Virus record (IMG/VR): IMGVR_UViG_3300027708_000033
Coordinates: 63,238 to 127,237 of that record
Length of the DNA stretch: 64,000 nt
From: a virus
Strand: one strand, 5' to 3'
Position 1 is the first letter of the stretch, and each line of letters starts with the position of its first letter. A program made the position numbers and the translations under genes. Under the pieces are notes generated by a model. It saw nothing but the letters and a program-made list of their open reading frames with translations. It did no database searches and was not told the origin of the DNA. Below, one piece after another: positions 11,301 to 20,223 of the stretch.

Positions 11301-14300
11301 TCAGTTGAAGCCTCGTTCTTGTCGAGTGCAGCGATACTACTCTTTAGCTCGCCGAATTTCTTCCATCGTGCCTTATCCAGTGCTGTTGGGAAGTCGACTG
11401 CCCAGCTGGTGTTGTACTCACCTTCACGGCTGTTCCAGTGTCCAGGTGATTTAGTGCGAAGCCAATCAAAAATCTCTTTTGACGGTGCGCCGGAGTTGAT
11501 GAGCTTTGACAGGTCACCGTTCTCATTGTCGTATCCCTTTAGCGCATTTGTTACGAACTGAGGCTCGAAACCTTCAGGTGCAGCCGGAAGCCCGTACGCT
11601 GCATTAATAATCGCCCATTCTTCTGGTCTTTGCGATTCATCTGCTGAAATGTACTTATAGCCAGTCGCAAACCCTGTAGGCGACATCGTCTTGTACTCAT
11701 TCTTGATTTGCTGCTTGTTTAACGCAGCAATGATGTCATCACCGTTGCGTAGAGTTCCATCTAGGATTCCGCTACGTACCGTGTTTTCAGGGTCATTGCT
11801 GTCTGAGATTAGTGAAACAAGATTGTCTAGTGCAGACTGGTGCTCTTCTTTTGAAAGTGGAGTTATGCTTGCTTGACCTTGCTTTAGAGCGTCTAGCTTA
11901 TCACTCAGTGCTTTTGCTGTTTCTTCGCTCTTAGCTTTAGCATCTGCAGAAGACTGAGCCTCGCCCTCTGTTTTGTGGGCGTTTAGAGCTGAATTAAGAG
12001 ATGTGCCTTCTTGACTGTAATCAGAGTACGATGAAGACGTGCCTTCCCAGTTTTTATTACCTTTGAGTAGGTCACGGATTTCCTGACTAGTAATCTCTCC
12101 ACCATTTGCAGTCTTCTCGTCAATGCTACGACGAATAGAACCATCTAAGTCAAACGGTGCAAGTTTCTCCTTGATTTTTGCTAGCTCAGGGTTAGTGTGC
12201 TGGTTTAGTGGGTCGCTACCGTCGGTTAGAGCAACTTTGGCCTTTGGCAAAACTTTTAGTTCATTGAACAAAGTATTGACACCGAACTTGTCAATTGAAG
12301 CAAGACGGTCCATGTAGCCTTGACGCTCTTCGCTAGTCATGACACGCTCACGTAGCATAGAGCGAATCATTTCTGTTTGCTTTTTGCTAGGTCTGTTTAT
12401 AGGGGCTACAGTCGACTTTGTCGCAGGCAGCGGCTGTGAACCATTTGCCTTTCCTTCACCGAACTTCTCAGCTGCGTCTAAGATATCTTTTTTAAGCTGG
12501 CTAGACTGCTCAGGGTTTAGGTAACTAAGCATCTTACCGATGTTGCTCTTTAGTTCACCTTCGCTGCTAAACAGGTCAAGAACATCTTGCTTAGTAGCTC
12601 CTCCAAAATCTATAGCGTCTCTTAGCTGGAACTCTAGGTCGTACGGAGCGACCAGCATCTTAACTCTCTCTAGGAACGGGTCGCTATTTTTATTTAGCGG
12701 GTCTGTGCCTGGAGTAATTTGACTGCCCTTGCGAAATGGAAGCTTATACAACATGTTAATGATGTTGCTAGCCTCGCCAACAGTAGTACCGTTGTCTAGA
12801 CTGCGAAGAATCTCTTCTCTCTGTTCCGGAGGTAGGTCTTTTTTGTCGACCGTGGTTCTAATCGTGTGTAACTGTAGTTTTGATGCTCGCTCGCGGTTTA
12901 TACCTGTCCATTTAGTAACACGGAGCGGGTCTTCATTAGGGTCACTGTAGGTCTTGCCGGTCACTTCTTTGCCGACTATAAACTGGATTTTAGCTAGCGC
13001 AGAAGAGTTCTTCTCAGCGTTAAGCTGCTGGTCTTCTCCAGGTTTAGTGTATTTCCCTAGAGCTTCTATACCGGCATCGATGTCATCCATGGTAATCTCA
13101 CCGACAATACCGTTAGCACTGTGTAGTTCTTCTTCTCTCCAAAATGGAAATGCTCTTGAGGCTCTTGCTAGTTCATTCTGCACGTCAGGATTACTCTGGT
13201 CCATGCTCTTTAGTTGTGTAATTCTCTGCTGCAGAGCTTCTCTAACTCTGGTTATTGCTTTGCTAGGAGCGTTCTGTAGCGGACCTGTTGACAACAACTC
13301 GTCGGTGCCGGTCTCTTTTTTGCTGGCTACAAACTTCTTTTCCTTAGGATTCCAGAATGTTCTCTTTTCTAGATTTCTTTGGGTAGGCCATCTAAACGGT
13401 TCAGCCGCTGCAGGTTTCGCAGTCTCAGATGCTGCAGCGTTAGAAGTAGAAACAACTTTTAGAGTGTTAGGCTCGTCTAGCACAGTTGTTTTTTTATCTT
13501 CAAACGTGATTCGGTCACCGGTGTCCATTGAAAACTTTTTAGCGACAGTACGACGTGAACCATCTGGGAAGACAACGACATCGCCAACCTTGATTTCAGG
13601 GCCAGTCTTGTCAACAAGAGTCTCTTCTTGTGGAGTTGCCTTAGAGTCGGCTGCGTGAAGCTGCTGTAGAACACCAGCGGCTTCACCACGAGTCTTAGCG
13701 GAGGCTAAAGCATCCTTGGCTTTTGCAGCAATCTCAGGATTAGCAGAGTTAGAGAACTCTTCTAGAGCCTTTTTCTGGTTGTCTGTAGTCGGGTTATTAG
13801 GCGAGACAACATTCTTGAACTCAGCCATGCGTTCTTCATAACGCTTTTTCATTGCAGGGAAGTCTAGAAGACTGAGGTCTTTATTGTCTTCTTTTGCAGC
13901 GCGGTCAATGATTCTAGAAACCAAGTTGTAAGCATCTTCTGCATCACCGTCAGCTGAGTGCCAGTTAGCCGGTTCAAAGCCAAGGAAGTTAGCAACAGGA
14001 CCTAGGCTAGTCGTGGCTTTGATTTCACCAGTCTTACGGTCAGGTGCCTTAGGACCGTCGGTTCCTGTTTCTGGGTCGTACTTAGGTAGAAGTGAAGCAA
14101 GGTCTTTAGAGTCGATGGTTCCAGCAATGTCCAGCTTTACGCCGGCATCGTCAGCCATACGCTTTAGAATCTCAACGTCGAAAGGAACGTTCTGACCGCC
14201 GAGAAGTGCGTTAGGGCCAATGAACGCCATAAACTCTTTAATAGCGTCGTCTTTACTCTTCTGCTGAGCTAGCCACTCTGGAGTTACTAGTGTGGTCTTT

Positions 14301-16135
14301 GGCTTTCCGTTTTCGTCTAGAACTCTGTTGCCGTTCTCGTCTAGAATGTCGCGACCTAGATTTTTTGCTGACCAGTCAGAGAGCTTACTCTCAGGGTTCG
14401 TGTAGACGTTGAAACGTCCAATAATCTTGCCGTCTTTTACCTTGACAGCACCAAGTTGGACAGAGTCGTTGGTAATGTCCTGACCATCGTAGTCAGCGAT
14501 ACCAGTGGTCTCAAAGTCAAAGTAAGTAACAGTCTGGCCTTGTAGACGGTCTTGAACATCTTTCCAGCTCTGAGCACCTTGCATAATGTTCTGGAATTCA
14601 CCAGTGAAAGCACCAGGAGTCGGAAGACGAGTTCCGCTTGCATCCATAGTCGCAGACTGGAAGTCGATACCCAGGTTGTCTAGTGAGCCTGGAACGCTTG
14701 GTGCAGTAGAAGTTGATTCTGCTGCCGGCTTTACTTCTGCCTTTGGAAGTTGCTTCTGACGGACGTCGTAGATTCTTGCAGTCTTGTTGACCTCAAAGTA
14801 TCTTTCCTTGCCAGTCTTTAGATTGCGAATCTTGATTCCGTACTTACCTGGGGCTTTGCCCTTGTAGATACCTAGAATCTCTTCTGTCGGAGGAAGTTCG
14901 TAACTAGGGTCTGCTTGGCGCTTCTTCAGCATGTTCTCCTCGGCGCCCTTAATCGGGTAGTAGTCTGGGAGCAAGTCGCCTGTGTAGAGCTGGTCTACTC
15001 TAAGGTCCTTCTTTAGATAAGTTGCTGCTTCAGCCTCTGCTGGCTGCTCAGTTCCACTGCCGAACTCGTCGTCAGCTACCTTCTTGATGTGGGCCTGGAT
15101 TGCTGGCCACTCAGCTGCATCTAGACCTTCAACTACATTACCGTTTTGGTCTTTTAGCTCGTACTTCAAGTCTCCTTTAGGAGTGGCGATAAAGCCATCT
15201 TCAGTTGCAAAGTCACCATTTGGAAGTTTCTTCCAGTCGCTTGGAGCTTCTAGCTTATTTGCTAGAAGGTCTTTGATGTCCTGTGCACGCTTGACTGTGC
15301 TGGCCTTACCAGCTGGAAGTTCGATTCCAGCTTTTTTCAGCTGGTCAGTTGTAAGAACTACACCTAGAGACTCAAAGTTGTCTAGGTTTACAGGAAGAAT
15401 GTCTCCCTTCTTTAGACCTAGCGATGCGTCGTCTTCGGTGATGTAAAGTTCACCGGTGTTTGTGGTCGACGACCCGCCTACTAGAACACCTAGCTGGCTC
15501 TTTACCTTACTTCCGAAGCGAACTAAGAATGAACCCATGTGGCCTTCAAAGGCGAAGCGCTTTAGACGGTCACGAAGCTGGCGCTTTGCACGAGCACTAC
15601 GTGCAGCTGAAGAGTTTCCATCTGCGATAAGTGCAACAAGGTCAAGCGGAATGTCTCTGCCTGCAGCTTCTAGACGCGCTAGAGCATGCATACGCTCGAG
15701 TGAACCGAACTCCATTGTCTGTATTGACGCGACTAACGGGCGAAGCTCTTCGGCAATCCTTGGGTCAGCAGACAGCCATTCGGCACGAGCTTCTGCAATA
15801 GCAGATGCAGTTAGTCCTGAGCGCGCTGCTGAAAGCGGGTGCGAGATTGGAAGCAGGTCAAAGTGTTCTGCTTTTTCATTAGTACGAAGACCTAGAGTTG
15901 CTAGTGTGATAAAACGGTCAACTGCACGCTCGACTGCGAAAGCACGAGCGCTAGCATCGGTGTGAGGTGTGCGAGCAAGAACTCTGTCCGCTACAGTCAA
16001 CGCTGCAGTAAGTGGAACACGGCGAGCAGGAAGCACACGCGCATTAGCAATAAGCACAAGCTCTGCTATGTGAACTCTAATGCTAGGAGTGTCATCAATC
16101 TCTGGCACGTTTGGGTTTTCGTATTCGCTACTCAC
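5336..16135 (-). CDS. Giant polyvalent, probably virion-associated protein (DEDDh exonuclease, two ADP-ribosyltransferase-like domains, PI3K/HipA-like kinase, WYL-like, SH3/KOW repeats)
   Basis: 3599-aa ORF; YFDFETTG/GQNVPFD/HSADGDA; LVHWTTPENAKSIIENGF; GSNPGG..YVK..E.LAS..DALLANWD..DN..RVDPGGALLFRAQG; VSFKYNDKERVVAP; RHTL..GGLLS..DYVF..EVMFK. Confidence 0.85.
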   Translation of the reverse strand: MSSEYENPNVPEIDDTPSIRVHIAELVLIANARVLPARRVPLTAALTVADRVLARTPHTDASARAFAVERAVDRFITLATLGLRTNEKAEHFDLLPISHPLSAARSGLTASAIAEARAEWLSADPRIAEELRPLVASIQTMEFGSLERMHALARLEAAGRDIPLDLVALIADGNSSAARSARAKRQLRDRLKRFAFEGHMGSFLVRFGSKVKSQLGVLVGGSSTTNTGELYITEDDASLGLKKGDILPVNLDNFESLGVVLTTDQLKKAGIELPAGKASTVKRAQDIKDLLANKLEAPSDWKKLPNGDFATEDGFIATPKGDLKYELKDQNGNVVEGLDAAEWPAIQAHIKKVADDEFGSGTEQPAEAEAATYLKKDLRVDQLYTGDLLPDYYPIKGAEENMLKKRQADPSYELPPTEEILGIYKGKAPGKYGIKIRNLKTGKERYFEVNKTARIYDVRQKQLPKAEVKPAAESTSTAPSVPGSLDNLGIDFQSATMDASGTRLPTPGAFTGEFQNIMQGAQSWKDVQDRLQGQTVTYFDFETTGIADYDGQDITNDSVQLGAVKVKDGKIIGRFNVYTNPESKLSDWSAKNLGRDILDENGNRVLDENGKPKTTLVTPEWLAQQKSKDDAIKEFMAFIGPNALLGGQNVPFDVEILKRMADDAGVKLDIAGTIDSKDLASLLPKYDPETGTDGPKAPDRKTGEIKATTSLGPVANFLGFEPANWHSADGDAEDAYNLVSRIIDRAAKEDNKDLSLLDFPAMKKRYEERMAEFKNVVSPNNPTTDNQKKALEEFSNSANPEIAAKAKDALASAKTRGEAAGVLQQLHAADSKATPQEETLVDKTGPEIKVGDVVVFPDGSRRTVAKKFSMDTGDRITFEDKKTTVLDEPNTLKVVSTSNAAASETAKPAAAEPFRWPTQRNLEKRTFWNPKEKKFVASKKETGTDELLSTGPLQNAPSKAITRVREALQQRITQLKSMDQSNPDVQNELARASRAFPFWREEELHSANGIVGEITMDDIDAGIEALGKYTKPGEDQQLNAEKNSSALAKIQFIVGKEVTGKTYSDPNEDPLRVTKWTGINRERASKLQLHTIRTTVDKKDLPPEQREEILRSLDNGTTVGEASNIINMLYKLPFRKGSQITPGTDPLNKNSDPFLERVKMLVAPYDLEFQLRDAIDFGGATKQDVLDLFSSEGELKSNIGKMLSYLNPEQSSQLKKDILDAAEKFGEGKANGSQPLPATKSTVAPINRPSKKQTEMIRSMLRERVMTSEERQGYMDRLASIDKFGVNTLFNELKVLPKAKVALTDGSDPLNQHTNPELAKIKEKLAPFDLDGSIRRSIDEKTANGGEITSQEIRDLLKGNKNWEGTSSSYSDYSQEGTSLNSALNAHKTEGEAQSSADAKAKSEETAKALSDKLDALKQGQASITPLSKEEHQSALDNLVSLISDSNDPENTVRSGILDGTLRNGDDIIAALNKQQIKNEYKTMSPTGFATGYKYISADESQRPEEWAIINAAYGLPAAPEGFEPQFVTNALKGYDNENGDLSKLINSGAPSKEIFDWLRTKSPGHWNSREGEYNTSWAVDFPTALDKARWKKFGELKSSIAALDKNEASTEAQPDIEFLSAVSERLPDGTIAAIDEELGKAFNGDTLSELISKISNEEDLQRVIDEISATRTSKAVKPQRNAQLQRVQDALIKKFYENHPELENTMAEPANIVVPAEAPAAPAADWKIDGYGDVIATDPETGYTLKTWHHKQGSNNGGVGGKVDEVIARLLDENGKVIAQKFFGEGHKISDGKAAAEQLLADMKARKPGTPDKNYAAIITDGSDIKSGELVHWTTPENAKSIIENGFNPEGKDTLGGSQWGIPGAMFVAEYGYGMSEYMASEYWATHPDAKEIAKLKVEIPAFEYSRQLNIVYKNDKKELETKAGLAATRASGAFDYIQKKREEEKASGNSMAEPVEHLIAQWAAQSGKYSAVSFPNGETVIFNRNQKDVTPETEAEVIADEKSVVPEIAPVEPAPVEQATDTVKNPFSSDNSDKLLAETGGSRSLVTGADMSIAMILDKQDIGYEPMLKGVSGNENVIQNLLDSLDESDGANSIAVAGDLYSLHDALYKEGAPVALTEYIKKLADSVDSFTPAEGGNKNNVVTVDTIKEEQAGSLDLSKWKKVGGQKGSNPGGTFENPATGEQVYVKAPKSQLHGENERLASAIYDAAGISSAKVLAGKDADGIDVTYSPMIDGAKQDLKKNLNNKEYMARLQQGFAIDALLANWDVIGLDYDNVVTDKNGEPVRVDPGGALLFRAQGSPKGGAFGEEVPELDAFTDKTSTRPSAKVFSQMSDEQKLESAKVLQNLSTSQIDELVDSIITDPAKQEELKTKLKARRQYILDKFGLSDKPAKKKNPEAGSSGKTKKLDVNGDNDSLKTQLEDAAKNGDLVSFKYNDKERVVAPTYVWTNPKNGNINLTGEEDGVSKNYTLQNFKPSEVDVPEEAPSEGSASSTITGDALKKIVDNAYEKYDPGVAQHSWDSKGIGESIMSHLGEIADDIKSGKDLDTNESAKKLRQLAAMYNELVDAVTSTEGEDGAEWSTKDSSIQDLIEGAKELESQADSISPKGGTTAKVETPTTPVAAPESTLLNLADEKVRTDTAQSIQSQLPDGYTASPEKGAGNTGFIMVKNEQDETVAMMTVSDDGKEYQVQNFKAGWKIESTSDLNDAMTKLVSATKIVNEGGQAVQLSDGTAGKMGSKVVHSKNGITGTIVGFQKDPNYVKVKPDSGGVIKIMSINQIKSNGSGGEPVSPTPAPNAPNAPSAETFIPQKSENMTMFSKSDGSLSKVIVVKNNNGTWDVVYDLNGPDFSQIHMDIEDRDEAESEALTALETNNFEPSTPEVKAEPAKPSGPKKFTFDFMTLPDVTDAPEIQPITDPTNPDKDSIKTDSAGTLIKPGAIVKDENGRVGVYRNPGYGDPNKMRMIWEDGSQDSVAPDTVTATGKYLTPGIAAAYAGVADLDFEKNSEPMLPVTGPALEDKNGKKIGFRNLVVDKNGDVGVVVENYSSDGYIKVAYPDGMKKRKANTLTALDTKYKKNIYNIQVAQKYFKNLDADKYNLPTFGATTKSGTSNKAPSGKLSVPKNGAGAKPQQIDQLGWDKSGFEGAPSLQELLTKVSTPGSGLAGGSIALDADAVEDLDLRIMAATGTDGKDAYLMKYKLTSWAGDELANKLLEMIQNNDPRVSATTGLSVPENLVDGDKVSFVPSLNGSSAKYKSGYGQTFIITLDDGTKIHFLRADVPTKHTSGSAKISSNGPRAYHNKVMIIAPKKDSTPESLALALNTGGVQDVRPSTKEDAKILIENRLMSILDEKVDPKSNPSGSERAASLQRIKDAWGITPENVTITTGAGGRIEMRLDPESAKKIANKTGIKVLRHTLRSSYSMQAAKQGETDEEARDRVAQYFVNRVSTPQGGLLSTTVRWSEGIPTSGQSSSRDIETGGADYVFTTPKSNTDSENSSLLPGLWFDAERTFQRLDFWANKGDQFGKRVGKSPIDQAVPGGYEVMFKGRLSFDDAAVLMVKDEDMRTRVITKLRQKGITQLGGRPLEAVVMTGPDYKAAKNTTK

Positions 16136-17553
16136 TAGCTAGCCCTTCCTCTGCGCGGCAGCAAATCTGCATCGCGACTTTCATAGAGATTTGTAGCAAG
16201 GTCCACAACTCGCTCAAACGGTGATTCATCATCTTGTGTAGCACGAAGCCATGTTGCTCGTAAAGCTGGAATGAGCTCGTAGCCTAAGCCTGAAATCTCA
16301 GCGCATGCAAGTAGCACGTGCTCTGGATTATCGTACTCATGTTCCTCACGGAGCTCGATAGTTAATTCAAGATAATCGTCTTCGACGTACGCACCTGCAG
16401 TCTTGCCCTTAGTCGAGCGAGGATGACCTGCTGGAAGAATGTCGTTGTCCTGCACGTAGTTAGCATTTGCAGGTTTACCTGTCTTCAACAAGTGCAGGTA
16501 AGCGTTTACACGTGCAAGTGCCCATTGGTCTCTGGTAATGCCAGTTCGATGTGAAGATGAATAAGCTCCAGCTCCACGACGGTAGACACGACGCAACTGG
16601 TTTAGAGTTACGTGATGTCCTTTCTTAGCACCTTGGTTATGTGATGCAACCTTGTTTCGTAGCACGGCTTCGGTTTGAGCAGAGAAACGTACAGGTAACT
16701 TAGAACTGCCAGATGCAGAACCAGGTTTGTTTACCTTTGAGCCATGAATTCGGTCTTTTTTAGGTGCACGCTTAGACGGATTGGCAGCAGCCGTTACTGT
16801 CTCTTGCTTAGGTGAGTCTTCTGTAATCGGCCCGCCGACAACCCAGGCCGAACAAGTTCTTGAGGCAGCACACTTGAAATCAAAAGCTTCACAGTAACCA
16901 AGCTCGGCGGTGTCGATAGCGTCCCAAGCGTTTTGTGCACCAGAGTCTCCAGCAGCAAGACCACCTTCAATACAGTCTAGCATCTTAGGTGTGCGAATAA
17001 ACATGACACAAGTACCACAACGGCTCTTCTTAGCCTCAGTAACGGTCACAGACCAGCGGTTAGCCTTCTCAGCCCAGAACTCTTCGTTAGGTTCCTCAGG
17101 ATTTAGAGGTCCATACTTTGCAACTTCAATTGCTTTCTCACGATTAGCAAGGTTTATAGCAATGTCTTGAGTCGCAGGTGGGCAGACGCTTTCTTCCTCG
17201 GCTGCAGCAACTACAGGTGCAAGGTTCTGCTTCTTGAACGGCTCGACTTCGACAGGCGCCTTGCTCGGGTCGACAACACCATCTGGTATTACTGCAAAGC
17301 GGCAATAACCTTCTGGGTCAACATCAAAAGCAACGACGGCACATCCTTGGCCTCCACGATACAAGACACAGTTGCTGCATTTGACACCCATCTCAGCGTA
17401 TGGATTATCTGCAGGTTCATGGTAGTCGGCCCAGATTCCGGTCTGGTCCTCGTTGAACTTACCGTACTTGTCCGCAATTTGGATAAGTGCGCGGGCAAGG
17501 TCCTGTTCCTCAGGAACTAGATTTCCGTCGGCCTGTATTGGACTGTCTGACAT
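16135..17553 (-). CDS. Cys-rich head-cluster protein with C-terminal DUF5824-like domain
   Basis: CSNC..C..GYC and CGTC..GYC..C..C clusters; LRRVYRRGAGAYSSSHR..QWALARVNAYL. Confidence 0.65.
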   Translation of the reverse strand: MSDSPIQADGNLVPEEQDLARALIQIADKYGKFNEDQTGIWADYHEPADNPYAEMGVKCSNCVLYRGGQGCAVVAFDVDPEGYCRFAVIPDGVVDPSKAPVEVEPFKKQNLAPVVAAAEEESVCPPATQDIAINLANREKAIEVAKYGPLNPEEPNEEFWAEKANRWSVTVTEAKKSRCGTCVMFIRTPKMLDCIEGGLAAGDSGAQNAWDAIDTAELGYCEAFDFKCAASRTCSAWVVGGPITEDSPKQETVTAAANPSKRAPKKDRIHGSKVNKPGSASGSSKLPVRFSAQTEAVLRNKVASHNQGAKKGHHVTLNQLRRVYRRGAGAYSSSHRTGITRDQWALARVNAYLHLLKTGKPANANYVQDNDILPAGHPRSTKGKTAGAYVEDDYLELTIELREEHEYDNPEHVLLACAEISGLGYELIPALRATWLRATQDDESPFERVVDLATNLYESRDADLLPRRGRAS

Positions 17554-17575
17554 GGTGAACCTCTTGAGATAGGGC

Positions 17576-18133
17576 TTAGTTTAGGTACTGCTCGTCTTCT
17601 GCTACCATCATGTCTTCTACTGGAGGCGTCATGCCTTCCATGTCATTGTCTGCTGCAATAGGCTGCTTGTTCTGGTTTAGAGTAGCGCGAAGCTTCCAAC
17701 CAAGTTTGCCATGGTCACCTTGCAAGTCAGCCATGATGTTTGCAATTCCCTGCTCACGGCAGTCTGTTGCAATGTCAAAGATGCTCTTGACGTGTTCGAT
17801 GTACATGTTGTTTACTTCTAGAAGAGCTTCACACATGCTAATTGGGTCGTCACCTGCGTTGACGCTTGTGATACCACTCAGCGAAGCAAAGTCGCTAAGC
17901 AAGAAAGGTGCATCGTAGTCTAGCTGACGAATAAGCTCAGCAATGGTGTCAATATTCTCCTCGGCTTCTTCATAGATGTCACCAAAGAAGCTGTGAAACT
18001 CGGTGAAGTCGTGACCCTTGACATTCCAGTGGAAGCCGTGAGCTAGAAACTTGAATGCGACTGTTTCGCCTAGAAGACCAGTTAGCTCGCTAGCGAGTAG
18101 TTCTTTATGGTCAATGCCATCGTTTTCATACAT
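17576..18133 (-). CDS. dps: Dps / ferritin-like DNA protection protein
   Basis: AHGFHWNVKG..F..FH..F..IYEE....D.IAE.IR signature; GWKLRA end. Confidence 0.9.
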   Translation of the reverse strand: MYENDGIDHKELLASELTGLLGETVAFKFLAHGFHWNVKGHDFTEFHSFFGDIYEEAEENIDTIAELIRQLDYDAPFLLSDFASLSGITSVNAGDDPISMCEALLEVNNMYIEHVKSIFDIATDCREQGIANIMADLQGDHGKLGWKLRATLNQNKQPIAADNDMEGMTPPVEDMMVAEDEQYLN

Positions 18134-18145
18134 GTTGTTTTTTCC

Positions 18146-19834
18146 TTATTCCTGGGTAGGGGTTTCTGAAGTTGGTGCTGGTGTTTCTGGTGCTGGTGCT
18201 TCTGCAGCAACAGGTTGCCCAGCTAGAACATCTGCCACACTCTGTGGCATCGGTGCTGGATTAGCGGCCTGACTTGCAGCGCGAGCTGCGTTCATAACTT
18301 CTGGAGCCAACGCGGCAAGCATTGACTCTGTCAGGTCAGGTGAGATAGCTGCCTTCTCAAAGAGAAGACGGAGTGCAATTTCCTTGGCGTCTGGTGCATC
18401 TGCATCTGCGAAGCCGTGAGCACGGCGCCAAGTTTCAAAGCTGATTGCCATCTTGTCAAAGCCTGAGTCGGCGTCAGCTGCACGGTCGTTGCGAGTTGCA
18501 ACCTGTGATGGGTCAAACCAAACAACAATACGGTCGACAGCTGCCTCGTCGAAGCCGTTAGCCTTTAGATACGGACGCAAGTATACAACTGTGATAGCGT
18601 CTGCAACAAGTAGCATTAGAGGTTCGATGTGTGCCTTGTAAAGTGCCTCATCGATTTGCAAAGCGTTTGAGTACTTGACGTTTGCAAGACCGGTGACGAC
18701 ATCCTTTGGAACGTCTAGACCCTGCAAGATTCTCTCTAGCACACGGTCTGCACGCTGAACAAGCGCGCCATCGAAACTACGCTCAAACTTGAACTGCTTG
18801 ATTTTGTCACCAAGGTCAGCAGGTCCACGAATAATAAGTGGAACGACAGCGCTAGCTGATTCCTCATCACGAATAGGTGTGGTCATTGCGTCAACGAGCT
18901 GGTCTTCAAACTCGTCTTGCATTTCCTCTGGAGTCGGCTCAGTGTATTCACCATCGACATCATACGGGAATGCCGGGTCAGGACCTGCAGCAACCGAGAG
19001 ACCGTCTGGCAAGTATAGAGCGCCAGCGTTTAGACGTGAACGTGCAGTTGCACGGAACGTACGGTTTAGAAGTAGAAGTTCAGCACAAAGGTCTAGAAGA
19101 CCACGTAGACTTGAATCGGCTTCTTCAGAGTAGCGAGGGTGAGCACGCCAGATGCGACCAACAAAAGAACCGTTTGGAAGCAAGATGTTACCTGATTTAG
19201 TAGATGGCTGTGAGCCTCCAGCCATGCCGGTTTGGTCACGTCTAGGCTGGATGAAGTAGTTTCCTTTTTGGTCAATCAAAAGCTCGTCAACCGAGCGAAT
19301 GTCCCAGCTCTCAGGAATCTGGTGACCGATACGTGGAGGAATCTGAACCAGGTAGCATTCACCTGTCACAGAAAGGTTTAGTGCAGCGTCACGTAGAAGA
19401 CCGGCTTGGCCTCCGTAAGCTGAATCAAGACGAGTTAGCGCACGTTCAGCAGCAGCGCTCAGTCTAGGGTCCACAGATGGAACGTCACGAATCGGTGACG
19501 GTGCTTGAGCAGGATTATCAACGACTGCAGCATAGAGACGGATTCTAGAGACAACGTTTGAAACAAGGTTGAAAGCGTACTTGATTTCGCCGATAGCGTC
19601 GTAGTACTCCCAGGCTTCTGACTGCCAGCCGTTTATACCTGCAGTACGACGCATTCTGAAGCGCTCGGCTTCACCTTTGTCGGCAACATTTAGTTGGACA
19701 GCCGCAGCTGTGATACCGCGAGGTGTGTTGAAAGGAGCAACTGGAACTGAAGAGTAACTGCTTGATAAGCTGCCAACGATAGGGCGCTGAGGTTGAGACT
19801 GAGGCTGATTATCATCGCGCCTAAATACAGCCAT
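18146..19834 (-). CDS. Portal protein (actinophage type)
   Basis: RGITAAA..WQSEAWEYYDAIGEIKY..SRIRLYAA; ARSRLNAGALYLP; PIRDEESASAVVP; position upstream of head genes. Confidence 0.85.
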   Translation of the reverse strand: MAVFRRDDNQPQSQPQRPIVGSLSSSYSSVPVAPFNTPRGITAAAVQLNVADKGEAERFRMRRTAGINGWQSEAWEYYDAIGEIKYAFNLVSNVVSRIRLYAAVVDNPAQAPSPIRDVPSVDPRLSAAAERALTRLDSAYGGQAGLLRDAALNLSVTGECYLVQIPPRIGHQIPESWDIRSVDELLIDQKGNYFIQPRRDQTGMAGGSQPSTKSGNILLPNGSFVGRIWRAHPRYSEEADSSLRGLLDLCAELLLLNRTFRATARSRLNAGALYLPDGLSVAAGPDPAFPYDVDGEYTEPTPEEMQDEFEDQLVDAMTTPIRDEESASAVVPLIIRGPADLGDKIKQFKFERSFDGALVQRADRVLERILQGLDVPKDVVTGLANVKYSNALQIDEALYKAHIEPLMLLVADAITVVYLRPYLKANGFDEAAVDRIVVWFDPSQVATRNDRAADADSGFDKMAISFETWRRAHGFADADAPDAKEIALRLLFEKAAISPDLTESMLAALAPEVMNAARAASQAANPAPMPQSVADVLAGQPVAAEAPAPETPAPTSETPTQE

Positions 19835-19884
19835 GTGGGTTGACTCCTCGTCCTCTGCTAACGGAACAACAGGTGCTAGTGTTA

Positions 19885-20211
19885 CTAAGCATCAAGTCGT
19901 GCGGCTATTATTGCAGCAACAGCGCTCAAGGCTGGGATAAGCAAGAGCGCGACAGTTGCCGTTGGAATTATTGTATACGGAATAACAATAAGTGATGCGA
20001 CCCAAATTGACATGCACCAGTTACATGTAAACAGGTAACCGAACCATGAGCGGTCAGGTGGGAACTTGTCAAAAAGTTTATTGCGTGGAACGTCAAAGAT
20101 GTAGTCGGTCGTAATCAAGCGTGTGATGCGAAACACTGCTAACGCTAAAATTACGAGGGCTACAGGATTTAGTAGGTCGAAGTTTTCTGAAATGGTAAAT
20201 GGAAGTGTCAT
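19885..20211 (-). CDS. DUF1360-like membrane protein
   Basis: LALAVFRITRLITTD.IF...R; LFTCNWCMSIW; two hydrophobic segments. Confidence 0.7.
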   Translation of the reverse strand: MTLPFTISENFDLLNPVALVILALAVFRITRLITTDYIFDVPRNKLFDKFPPDRSWFGYLFTCNWCMSIWVASLIVIPYTIIPTATVALLLIPALSAVAAIIAARLDA

Positions 20212-20223
20212 TGCTACCTGTCC

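Noticed and set aside
33-16000. Many + strand ORFs in the track (e.g. 884-1363, 2502-2936, 12954-13658)
   Set aside because: Antisense shadows of long minus-strand genes; Ser/Leu-rich with no motifs or RBS
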